A DNA stretch of 64,000 nucleotides from Mobula hypostoma. Lineage: Eukaryota. The position numbers and the translations under genes are program-made. The DNA lies in contig NC_086098.1 of the NCBI RefSeq assembly GCF_963921235.1, positions 186,001 to 250,000 of the forward strand, given 5' to 3'. Below are positions 49,371-59,855 of the stretch, one piece after another; within the stretch, counting starts at the first letter, position 1; the number at the start of each line of letters is the position of its first letter. The notes under the pieces were generated by a model. The model was not told the origin of the DNA. It ran no database searches and saw nothing but the letters and a program-made list of their open reading frames with translations.

Positions 49371-50892
49371 GTGGATCGAGATAAGATTGTAAGTTGGTGT
49401 GAATTGGAGGAGGTACTGGTGAATCATGCGTACGTGCTAAGTGGGGTCGATTATCGCATTCCGGCAGATGTACTGGTGCGAGGGTTGAGTCTGATTAAAG
49501 TTATCGGGCAGGTAGAACTTGTAGCCAGAAGGGGTGGGAAAGAACTGGAGTCCAGCTGGATTTTGGTGCGGATGAGTGCCGTCGTCATGACGTTGGAATT
49601 ACCAGCGACACTCCATGTCCAGGGGGAGGTGGGGCCGTGGGGTCTCTTTACCCTCCCAGAGGACAAAAGTGAGGAGGTGCCGGAGGAGGAGGAGCTAGAT
49701 GAGGCCCCAGGGGAGGTGCCAGTAGCCAGGGGTGGAGGCATGGAGTGGGAAGACATGGCCAGGCCCCGTTCCCCCAATTAGGGCTGCGACCTCTGAGTTA
49801 GCGGCTGCCATTACCCCCCTGGTGAGAAGGGTTGAGGGTCCCGCCCGAAGCTGAGAATTTTCTCGGGCGCCAGTCCCACCCCGGAAGGAGAGGACAAGTA
49901 TGAGACCTGGGTTGAGGATATGTCCCAGTTGTTAGAGGTGTGGCCAGTTTCGGATGAGGAAAAGAGACAGCGATTGGTGGAAAGCTTAAGGGGCGGGGCG
50001 GCCCATGTAGTCCACGAGTTGAGAGCGGAACGCCCTTCAGCTTCCCTGTCAGAGTGTTTGGATGCTTTGGAGGAAGTGTTTGGACAGTCAGTGAGATTGG
50101 AATTCTCGGAGGGCGATGTGGGAGTGTCTGTAGCCTTTGAGACATTGGTGTTGGTTTATCCAGACCCGGTGGAAACTGGTGGTGCTGCCCTGCTAGTGGG
50201 GACTAACTCCCCTCTGGTGTGATGGCTCTTGGGAGCCTGTTAGAAGAAGGTGGGGGAGAACTTTCTGGAGACCCTCTCGGTACACCCAGTGTTCCGAGCA
50301 GTGTACGAAGGAGTGGGTGACCCCCAGGGGCTGGATCCTGAGTACAAATGAGGGACGGTGTGGTGCACTCAGGTGAGGCCTAAGGTGATACGGTCAGGGG
50401 AGGCGGCATTAGTGATAGGGACCCCCAGATTCCCCGGAGTACCGCTGGGCGAGGCCCTGCTGGTAGACACCCCAGATGACCTGGAAGGGGAGTCCCGGTT
50501 CCCGGCAGGGGCGCTGGTGAGACCTGAATTGCAGAGGCCCTCAGCTGTACAGGCCCAGTGGATGGGGGTGATGATAAGGAACATACCGGAGCGGGAGATC
50601 ACCTTTAAGCGCGGGATGCCCCTTGCGCACTTGTTCCCGGTGATGGTGATGACTAGCGCCCCTGTGAGGCCCACTGGAGGAGAACTATTGGAGAACGGGG
50701 GGCTGACCGAGGAGGCCTTTAATTTTGAAGACTCCCCTGTACCGCCGGAGTATAAGAGCAGGCTGGTGGAGAAGATGCTAAAGTTAGGGGATGTCTTTTC
50801 TCAGGGTGAGTTTGATGTGGGCTGTTCCAAGAGCACTCAGCCCACTATCCGGGTGACAAATGATAAGAGAAAGGTCGCGGCGGTTGGCCCCA
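49371..50892 (+). pseudogene. Gypsy gag (PNMA-like) and post-protease region, frameshifted with an internal deletion
   Basis: LRIFSG..PTP.GE..YETW, WPVSDEEKRQRLVESLRG.A; no zinc knuckle or DTG motif visible. Confidence 0.75.
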
Positions 50893-53765
50893 ATGCAAGG
50901 AGCATTCGTAATAAGGTGGATGAATTGAAAGTGCAGATTGTTATTAATGATTATGATAAAGTTGAGATCACAGAGACATGGCTCCAGGGTGACCAGAGAT
51001 GGGAGCTCAACGTTCAGGGATATTCAATATTCAGGAGGGATAGACATGAAGGAAGGGGAGGTGGGGTGGCGATGCTGGTTAAAGGAGAGATTAACGCAAT
51101 AGAAAGGAAGGACATAAGCCGGGAAGATGTGGAATCGATATGGGTAGAGCTGCGTAACACTAAGGGGCAGAAGACGCTGGTGGGAGTTGTGTACAGGCCA
51201 CCTAACAGTAGTAGTGAGGTCGGAGATGGTATTAAACAGGAAATTAGAAATGTGTGCAATAAAGGAACAGCAGTTACAATGGGTGACTTCAATCTACATG
51301 TAGATTGGGTGAACCAAATTGGTAAAGGTGCTGAGGAAGAGGATTTCTTGGAATGTATGCGGGATGGTTTTTTGAACCAACATGTCGAGGAACCAACTAG
51401 AGAGCAGGCTATTCTGGACTGGGTTTTGAGCAATGAGGAAGGGTTAATTAGCAATCTTGTCGTGAGAGGCCCCTTGGGTAAGAGTGACCATAATATGGTG
51501 GAATTCTTTATTAAGATGGAGAGTGACATAGTTAATTCAGAAACAAAGGTTCTGAACTTAAAGAGGGGTAACTTTGAAGGTATGAGACGTGAATTAGCTA
51601 AGATAGACTGGCAAATGACACTTAAAGGATTGACGGTGGATATGCAATGGCAAGCATTTAAAGGTTGCATGGATGAACTACAACAATTGTTCATCCCAGT
51701 ATGGCAAAAGAATAAATCAAGGAAGGTAGTGCACCCGTGGCTGACAAGAGAAATTAGGGATAGTATCAATTCCAAAGAAGAAGCATACAAATTAGCCAGA
51801 GAAAGTGGCTCACCTGAGGACTGGGAGAAATTCAGAGTTCAGCAGAGGAGGACAAAGGGCTTAATTAGGAAGGGGAAAAAAGATTATGAGAGAAAACTGG
51901 CAGGGAACATAAAAATGGACTGTAAAAGCTTTTATAGATATGTAAAAAGGAAAAGACTGGTAAAGACAAATGTAGGTCCCCTGCAGACAGAAACAGCTGA
52001 ATTGATTATGGGGAGCAAGGACATAGCAGACCAATTGAATAATTACTTTGGTTCTGTCTTCACTAAGGAGAACATAAATAATCTTCCAGAAATAGTAGGG
52101 GACAGAGGGTCCAGTGAGATGGAGGAACTGAGCGAAATACATGTTAGTAGGGAAGTGGTGTTAGATAAATTGAAGGGATTGAAGGCAGATAAATCCCCAG
52201 GGCCAGATGGTCTGCATCCTAGAGTGCTTAAGGAAGTAGCCCAAGAAATAGTGGATGCATTAGTGATAATTTTTTAAAACTCATTAGATTCTGGACTAGT
52301 TCCTGAGGATTGGAGGGTGGCTAATGTAACCCCACTTTTTAAAAAAGGAGGGAGAGAGAAACCGGAGAATTATAGACCAGTTAGCCTAACATCGGTGGTG
52401 GGGAAACTGCTGGAGCAGTTATCAAGGATGTGATAACAGCATATTTGGAAAGCGGTGAAATGATCGGACAAAGTCAGCATGGATTTGTGAAAGGAAGATC
52501 ATGTCCGACGAATCTCATAGAATTTTTTGAGGATGTCACTAGTAGAGTGGATAGGGGAGAACCAGTGGATGTGGTATATTTAGATTTTCAAAAGGCTTTT
52601 GACAAGGTCCCACACAGGAGATTAGTGTGCAAACTTAAGGCACACGGTATTGGGGGTAAGGTATTGGTGTGGGTGGAGAATTGGTTAGCAGACAGGAAGC
52701 AAAGAGTGGGAATAAACGGGACCTTTTCAGAATGGCAGGCGGTAACGAGTGGGGTACCGCAAGGCTCGGTGCTGGGAACCCAGTTGTTTACAATATATAT
52801 TAATGACTTGGATGAGGGAATTAAATGCAGCATCTCCAAGTTTGCGGATGACACGAAGCTGGGTGGCAGTGTTAGCTGTGAGGAGGATGCTAAGAGGAAG
52901 CAGGGTGACTTGCATAGGTTGGGTGAGTGGGCAAATTCATGGCAGATGCAATTTAATGTGGATAAATGTGAAGTTATCCACTTTGGTGGCAAAAATAGGA
53001 AAACAGATTATTATCTGAATGGTGGCCGATTAGGAAAAGGGGAGGTGCAACGAGACCTGGGTGTCATTATACACCAGTCATTGAACGTGGGCATGCAGGT
53101 ACAGCAGGCAGTGAAAAAGGCGAATGGTATGCTGGCATTTATAGCGAGAGGATTCGAGTATAGGAGCAGGGAGGTACTACTGCAGTTGTACAAGGCCTTG
53201 GTGAGACCACACCTGGAGTATTGTGTGCAGTTTTTGTCCCCTAATCTGAGGAAAGACATCCTTGCCATAGAGGGAGTACAAAGAAGGTTCACCAGATTGA
53301 TTCCTGGGATGGCAGGACTTTCATATGAAGAAAGACTGGATGAACTGGGCTTGTATTCGTTGGAATTTAGAAGACTGAGGGGGGATCTGATTGAAACGTA
53401 TAAGATCCTAAAGGGATTGGACAGGCTAGATGCAGGAAGGTTGTTCCCGATGTTGGGGAAGTCCAGAACGAGGGGCCACAGTTTGAGGATAGAGGGGAAG
53501 CCTTTTAGGACCGAGATTAGGAAAAACTTCTTCACACAGAGAGTGGTGAATCTGTGGAATTCTCTGCCACAGGAAACAGTTGAGGCCAGTTCATTAGCTA
53601 TATTTAAGAGGGAGTTAGATATGGCCCTTGTGGCTACGGGGGTCAGGGGGTATGGAGGAAAGGCTGGGGCGGGGTTCTGTGTTGGATGATCAGTCATAAT
53701 AAATGGCGGTGCAGGCTCGAAGGGCCGAATGGCCTACTCCTGCACCTATTTTCTATGTTTCTATG
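50893..53765 (+). mobile_element. CR1 LINE (almost entire ORF2, one stop and one frameshift) nested in Gypsy pol
   Basis: NARSIRNK...SDHNMV...FADDTK and a ttctatgtttctat tail. Gypsy RERSRRLAP|VEDVRQHL flanks it. Confidence 0.95.
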
Positions 53766-54975
53766 TGGAAGATGTACGGCAGCACTTGCGGCAGTTGAAG
53801 GATGCAGGGATTATCGCGGAGTCCCAAAGCCCCTAATGCGTCCCCCATAGTGGTGGCAAGGAAGAAAAATGGGAAGGTACGCATGTGTGTGGACTACAGG
53901 ACCCTGAACCGGTGCACAGTTCCCGACCAGTACACGGTCCCCAGGGTGGAAGACGCATTGGCCTGTTTAAGTGGGGCACAGTGGTTTAGTGTATTGGATT
54001 AGCGGAATGGGTATTACCTGATTCCGATGAGTGAGACTGATAAAGAGAAGACGGCGTTTATCTGCCTCCTGGGGTTTTTCCAGTTTGAACGAATGCCCCA
54101 AGGCATATCGGGGGCCCCAGCCACCTTCCAGCGGCTCATGGGGAGGACAGTGGGGGACATGAACCTGCTGGAGGTATTGGTATATCTGGATGACCTGATA
54201 GTGTTTGGATCTACATTGGAGGAACACGAGGAGCGGCTGCTGAAGGTGCTGAGTCGGCTGAAGGAGGAAGGGTTAAATGTCAGTTCTGTAAGACGTCGGT
54301 CAGCTATGTTGGGCATATAATCTCGCGAAACGGAGTGGCCACTGATCTGGCTAAGATAGCCGCAGTAACCACCTGGCCGAGACCTCAGAAGGTGAGCGCC
54401 TTACGCTCGTTTTTGGGGTTTTGCGGATATTACCGCCGATTCATGAAAGGATATGCGAAAATGAGTCACCCATTGAACCAGCTGTTGTGTGGTTATCCAC
54501 CTGTGGGGAGGAAGAGGAAGGGAGAGTTCAGCCTGAAGTACCGCCCGGGAAGTCAGAACATCAATGCAGATGCCCTGTCTCGTCGGGCGCACGACAAGTC
54601 GGGCACGGCTGAGGAGTGGAAGAGTGTTCCTGCCCCGGGAGTAAAGGAGGGCCGGAGGTACGAGGGTACTTGAACCCAGGGGAGCCTTTTGGATCGAGGT
54701 GGGATGCTGAATGTGAGGAGGCATTCCAATCTCTAAAAAGGGCGCTGACTCAGGCCCCAGTGTTGGATTTTGCTGATCCCCGGAAGCCATATGTTCTACA
54801 CACTGATGCCTGTCACGAGGGTCCGGGAGCTTTCCTGTACCAGGAACAGGGCAATGGATTGAGGCCGGCGGCGTTTGTCAGCCGGAGCTTGTCGCCATCT
54901 GAGAGAAACTATCCCACTCACAAGCTGGAGTTCTTGGCATTGAAATGGGCAGTGGTGGACAAGTTGAGTGACTAT
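53766..54975 (+). pseudogene. Gypsy RT and RNase H (disrupted)
   Basis: ASPIVV..KKNG..RMCVDYR.LN, FSVLD, MPQGISGAPATFQR, YLDDLIVF, LHTDAC, ERNYPTHKLEFLALKWAV. Confidence 0.92.
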
Positions 54976-55836
54976 TGTTACGAGAATACACATAAAATTA
55001 AGATGTTTGCTGGCCTGGGCTAGCATCGGTGGCATCAGCAGTTGGTCTGCCACCTGCCCTCAGGGGAAGGAGAGATAAGGAACAATGGAGCAGCGTCTGG
55101 AGATGTGTAATGAAGGGATGTGGGAGGAAGAGCTGTCTGGAGCGGCTCCCCCCTTTGAACCCTGAACTGTTTGAAGTGATGGACAGGCGATACCCCAGCA
55201 GGGGGATAAAAAGGGACAGGTTCGCTAAGACAGACACACACGCCACCCGAGGTAACGAGACCCTGGAAGCGGTGCGCCTCTCACGAGTGGTGAGAAGAAC
55301 CGGACAACGCACAGGGTGGAAAGGTACGATCAGCGGGAACCCGGTGTGTGTCCGCCCTTGCCTGGGTGCCGGGTTCACTGCAGAGGATCGACCGCATCTG
55401 GAGGAGGGGTCACAGTCGGTGACCTCAGGTGACATCACCAAGGACCCGCCCAAAAAGCTGTTTGTGAGCCATCTTGCTGGTCTGTGAGTGAAGCCGTTCT
55501 GAATGATGAGTTGTTCCTATTCTATCTCTCTCTTCCCCCACATTGTCCACCGCCATGGCAACGATTACTGCGAACTGAACTACTAAACTGGACTGAACTT
55601 TGAGTCATTTTGAAATTGGTCATTTAACCCCTAGACAACGATAGAGCTTGATTGATGCTGTTATCTTAATTCTGTGCACATGTGTGGTTATCATTGTTGA
55701 ATTGTTGCATTTATTATCCTTTCGATTAATGTGTTGCTTGTTTCTTTAATAAAACTTTCTTAGTTCTAGTACTCCAGACTCCAACTGAGTGATCCATTTC
55801 TGCTGGTTTGGCAACCCAGTTACGGGGTACGTAACA
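54976..55836 (+). repeat. 5' LTR (861 bp)
   Basis: tgttac...gtaaca inverted termini; AATAAA at ~55748. Confidence 0.97.
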
Positions 55837-55840
55837 TAAG

Positions 55841-55859
55841 TGGGGTTCTCGTCCGCGAT
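55841..55859 (+). promoter_or_regulatory. Primer binding site, degenerate tRNA-Pro type
   Basis: tggggttctcgtccgcgat, 4 nt after the LTR. Confidence 0.7.
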
Positions 55860-55935
55860 TTTGAACGCTAAATTTGGGACGGAGTAAATTGATTGGGTTA
55901 AAATTCCCGAAAGAAAGAAAAGACAAACAGCAGAA

Positions 55936-58818
55936 ATGGAGGTTGAGGAATTTATAAAGGCGCCGACCTTGGAGGCATTAGAGGATGCCAGGAAATCGGA
56001 ATTGATAGCTGTGGCCAAACGGGTGAATCTTGCCAAGGTGAAGTCGACAATGAGGAGAGAGGAGATACACAGAGCTATTGTAGAGCACTATGTATCTAAA
56101 GGTGTGTTTCCCCAAGGTGAGCTGGGGGAGGTGTCTATTGAAAAACCTGCTGGAGACGCGGTACAGGTACAGCTTGAAAAACTGAGACTCGAGCACGAGT
56201 TCCGGGTACGGCAGTTAGAACACGAAGAGAAGCAGTTAGAAAGGCAGGAGAGAGAGTTAGAAAGGCGGGAGAAAGAGAGAGAGTTAGAAAGGCGGGAGAA
56301 AGAGAGAGAGTTAGAAAGGCGGGAGAGAGAGAAAGAGGTAGAAAGGCAAGAGAGAGAAAGACAGTTGGAGAGAGAGGAGAAACAGAGGGAAAGGGAATTT
56401 GAGCTGGAGAAGTTAAAGATAAGGGCCGAGCAGGGGCTCGTGCCGAACCAAGGTGGAGGGTTCCGGGCGACCCAGGAGGTTAGGCTGGTTCCCCCATTTG
56501 ACGATACCGATGTGGATCGGTACTTTCTCCATTTCGAAAAAGTGGCCATAAGTCAGGAATGGCCGAGGGATAAGTGGGTTGTCTTACTTCAGAGTGTACT
56601 GAAAGGGAAGGCCCAACAAGCTTACTCAGCTTTATCCCCGGAAGATGCCCAGAGGTATGAGGTGGTGAAAGAGGCCATCCTCAGGATTTATGAGTTGGTC
56701 CCGGAGGCATACCGGCAGAGGTTCCGGAATGCGAGGAAGCGGTGGGACCGCACGTATTTGGAGTTTGCTCGTGAGATGCAAACATATTGTGAGCGTTGGT
56801 GCGCCTCGAAGGGGGTAGAGGGGGATTATGACAGACTGCTGCAACTGGTTCTGATTGAGCAGTTTAAAGGTTGTGTCCCTGAGGGTATGAGACCCTACCT
56901 CGATGAGAAAGAGGCAGCCACGTTAGCCGCAACTGCTAAGTTAGCGGATGAGTATGCGTTGACGCATAAAATGAAGGTTGCCCCGAGTAAAGGCTACCAG
57001 AAGGGTAGTCAGGACGGCGGGGAGAGTCCACCGGAAAAGTCAGAAAGTAAGCCGGGGACTAGTGAAAAGGATAAGGTAGACCGGGAGCAGTCTGGTAGGA
57101 AGTCTCCTGGGGTCGTCTGTTATAATTGTGGGAAAGTCGGACACTTTGCGTCCAGGTGCTTTGCCCCAAGGAAGGAGACGGGGAAAGGAAAAGCGGAAAT
57201 TTTGAATGGCTGTATTGAGCTGTTAAGCGAACCGCTAGGGAAGGACAGGTCTGAAAAAGTCCAGGAAGGGCGCGAGAGGTTTATCTCGGCCGGACTGGTG
57301 TCAGTGAAGGAGGGGTTAAAACCAGTTCCAGTGCGGATCTGGAGAGACACGGGAGCGTGTCAGTCACTAATACTGAAGAGTGTATTAGAGTTTAGCTCAG
57401 AGACCCCGATTGGGGAGGTAGAGGTCAAAGGTGTTGGGGAAGGGACAGAGTCAGTCCCTTTGCACCAGATACATTTACAGAGCAACCTGGTCTCTGGACT
57501 AGTCACGATCGGGGTGAGGTCCGAATTACCGATGAAAGACGTGGAAGTCTTGCTCGGTAATGACATCGCCGGAGGAATCGTGTTCCCAGTCGTGAGATTG
57601 ACGGGTCAGCCTGCCAGCATGGAGGCCCCGCCCGCGATGGTGAATTTGGCTGAAACATTTCTGCCAACCTTGTATGAGACAGGGTGTAGTGAGATAAGAG
57701 GTAGTGAGGGAGCTGGGACGGACGTAGCAGTAGCCAGGAAAGAATTTGTGCAGACGCAGGAGCGAGACGAGGGGCTGATGGTTTTGGCCGAGACCGCTCT
57801 CTCTGACACAGCCTTGACAAGCTATTGTGCGGATGAGGAAGTGCTAAGGAAGAAAGGGAAATCAAGTACAGCATCCGCAGATGAGGAGTGGGGGGTGGTG
57901 CAAAAGAGTTATGGGGATGAGGTTTTTAACATGGCCCACGAGGTACCCCCCGGTGGACATTTTGCGGTGCTGGAGGAAACAGTTGGTGGAATCATGAAAG
58001 AGATTTACCGGCTGCCCAGGGGGAAGAATGTTATTGATCATGACCGACGCGAACTGAGACGGTCACCGGCTTTTGATATGCTAACAAACCTAGTCGGTGT
58101 TAGCGTGGAAATCAATGAAGCTAGGGGCCCCTTGATAAGAGGAAAAAACCATTTTGAAAAGATTAGGATGGGATCGGTCAGAGGGGAGAAGGCTATTGTT
58201 TTGGCCAGGTCTACTGATAAGGTCTCTCCCTTAATCCCCGAAGGAGTAATTAAACGACTCGCACCCATGTGTTTGATTGTCCCGAGGAAATGCAAAGAAC
58301 TGGGACGTTGGGTTATGTCGGTTACAATAGGGAGGCCAAGTAAACAACACCCATATTTTTTGAGTAATTCAGTGACTAAAGGGCTGATGAACACAGAGGT
58401 GTGTATTGGCAATTTAACACGGCTGTCTGAAGCCAGCTTGATAGTGAACCTTGGAAAAAATGAATTCGGCCACGCGAATGTCACTTACCTGGGAATTGTG
58501 GTGACACAGGGGCAGCTGGCAGTGATGCAAGCTACAGTGCAGGCTATCGCTGACCTCCCAACCCCGACAGACAAGAGGGCCCTCAGAAGGCTTTTGGAGA
58601 TGGTGGGGTACTGCAGGAAGTTTTGCAATAACTCTGCGGTCAATACCCGTCCCCCTCCTACTAAGCCCTTGCGAGAGAAAACTGAGTCGGAATGGGACGA
58701 CCCTTGTTATTGTGGTCCGGGACAAAACCAAATGAGAGGTTACATTGGTCGCAATTCATCAGTGTTTTTGGCCACTATGAAGTTTGCTGAGTTGGAGCCT
58801 GGACTAAGGGATTATTAA
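55936..58818 (+). CDS. Gag (coiled coil, SCAN-like capsid, CCHC) plus aspartic protease plus integrase/RT remnants, 960 aa
   Basis: VPPF...DVDRYFLHFEKVA..WP..W..LLQSVLKGKAQ..YELVPEAYRQRFR; CYNCGKVGHFASRC; RDTGA and LLGNDI; AHEVPPGGH; LIVNLGKNEF...VTYLG; PTPTDKRALRRLLEMVGYCRKFC. Confidence 0.9.
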   Translation: MEVEEFIKAPTLEALEDARKSELIAVAKRVNLAKVKSTMRREEIHRAIVEHYVSKGVFPQGELGEVSIEKPAGDAVQVQLEKLRLEHEFRVRQLEHEEKQLERQERELERREKERELERREKERELERREREKEVERQERERQLEREEKQREREFELEKLKIRAEQGLVPNQGGGFRATQEVRLVPPFDDTDVDRYFLHFEKVAISQEWPRDKWVVLLQSVLKGKAQQAYSALSPEDAQRYEVVKEAILRIYELVPEAYRQRFRNARKRWDRTYLEFAREMQTYCERWCASKGVEGDYDRLLQLVLIEQFKGCVPEGMRPYLDEKEAATLAATAKLADEYALTHKMKVAPSKGYQKGSQDGGESPPEKSESKPGTSEKDKVDREQSGRKSPGVVCYNCGKVGHFASRCFAPRKETGKGKAEILNGCIELLSEPLGKDRSEKVQEGRERFISAGLVSVKEGLKPVPVRIWRDTGACQSLILKSVLEFSSETPIGEVEVKGVGEGTESVPLHQIHLQSNLVSGLVTIGVRSELPMKDVEVLLGNDIAGGIVFPVVRLTGQPASMEAPPAMVNLAETFLPTLYETGCSEIRGSEGAGTDVAVARKEFVQTQERDEGLMVLAETALSDTALTSYCADEEVLRKKGKSSTASADEEWGVVQKSYGDEVFNMAHEVPPGGHFAVLEETVGGIMKEIYRLPRGKNVIDHDRRELRRSPAFDMLTNLVGVSVEINEARGPLIRGKNHFEKIRMGSVRGEKAIVLARSTDKVSPLIPEGVIKRLAPMCLIVPRKCKELGRWVMSVTIGRPSKQHPYFLSNSVTKGLMNTEVCIGNLTRLSEASLIVNLGKNEFGHANVTYLGIVVTQGQLAVMQATVQAIADLPTPTDKRALRRLLEMVGYCRKFCNNSAVNTRPPPTKPLREKTESEWDDPCYCGPGQNQMRGYIGRNSSVFLATMKFAELEPGLRDY
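56227..56400 (+). repeat. In-frame purine-rich tandem repeat (~27-nt unit, ERELERREK)
   Basis: gagagagagttagaaaggcgggagaaa repeated with variants; reading frame preserved. Confidence 0.9.
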
Positions 58819-58978
58819 TAACACGTGTAAAAGGAACAGAAAATGTGATGACTGTCTGTCAAGGTGTTGACAGCTTCAAATTCTCTGTATTAGCTAAATA
58901 ACTGTTAAAGATGTATATTGTGTATGTATCAGATAATGTAGTCATGTTTGTAATTTTTACCTCCCGGTAAAAATCCTT

Positions 58979-58990
58979 AAAGGGGGGAAG
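58979..58990 (+). promoter_or_regulatory. Polypurine tract
   Basis: aaaggggggaag immediately before the 3' LTR. Confidence 0.9.
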
Positions 58991-59851
58991 TGTTACGAGA
59001 ATACACATAAAATTAAGATGTTTGCTGGCCTGGGCTAGCATCGGTGGCATCAGCAGTTGGTCTGCCACCTGCCCTCAGGGGAAGGAGAGATAAGGAACAA
59101 TGGAGCAGCGTCTGGAGATGTGTAATGAAGGGATGTGGGAGGAAGAGCTGTCTGGAGCGGCTCCCCCCTTTGAACCCTGAACTGTTTGAAGTGATGGACA
59201 GGCGATACCCCAGCAGGGGGATAAAAAGGGACAGGTTCGCTAAGACAGACACACACGCCACCCGAGGTAACGAGACCCTGGAAGCGGTGCGCCTCTCACG
59301 AGTGGTGAGAAGAACCGGACAACGCACAGGGTGGAAAGGTACGATCAGCGGGAACCCGGTGTGTGTCCGCCCTTGCCTGGGTGCCGGGTTCACTGCAGAG
59401 GATCGACCGCATCTGGAGGAGGGGTCACAGTCGGTGACCTCAGGTGACATCACCAAGGACCCGCCCAAAAAGCTGTTTGTGAGCAATATCGCCGGTCTGT
59501 GAGTGAAGCTGTGCTGAATGATGAGTTGTTCCTATTCTATCTCTCTCTTCCCCCACATTGTCCACCGCCATGGCAACGATTACTGCGAACTGAACTACTA
59601 AACTGGACTGAACTTTGAGTCATTTTGAAATTGGTCATTTAACCCCTAGACAACGATAGAGCTTGATTGATGCTGTTATCTTAATTCTGTGCACATGTGT
59701 GGTTATCATTGTTGAATTGTTGCATTTATTATCCTTTCGATTAATGTGTTGCTTGTTTCTTTAATAAAACTTTCTTAGTTCTAGTACTCCAGACTCCAAC
59801 TGAGTGATCCATTTCTGCTGGTTTGGCAACCCAGTTACGGGGTACGTAACA
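58991..59851 (+). repeat. 3' LTR (861 bp)
   Basis: Direct repeat of 54976-55836. Confidence 0.97.
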
Positions 59852-59855
59852 CTAT

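Larger units (their letters stand above)
54976..59851 (+). mobile_element. Young Gmr1-like (SCAN-type gag) Gypsy LTR element, internally deleted and non-autonomous
   Basis: 861-bp near-identical LTRs, perfect TSD CTAT (54972-54975 / 59852-59855), PBS, PPT and one 960-aa ORF. Host frame SDY|LYGAQF..TDNNPL is rejoined on removal. Confidence 0.95.

Noticed and set aside
50358..52277. 639-aa ORF joining Gypsy pol linker to CR1 endonuclease
   Set aside because: Read-through across an insertion junction that depends on a small frameshifting deletion in the Gypsy part; it ends at a nonsense codon.
55029..55487. 152-aa ORFs repeated in both LTRs (also 59044-59502) and their antisense ORFs
   Set aside because: No recognisable domain; identity reflects LTR duplication, and the frame is not kept in the solo LTR.
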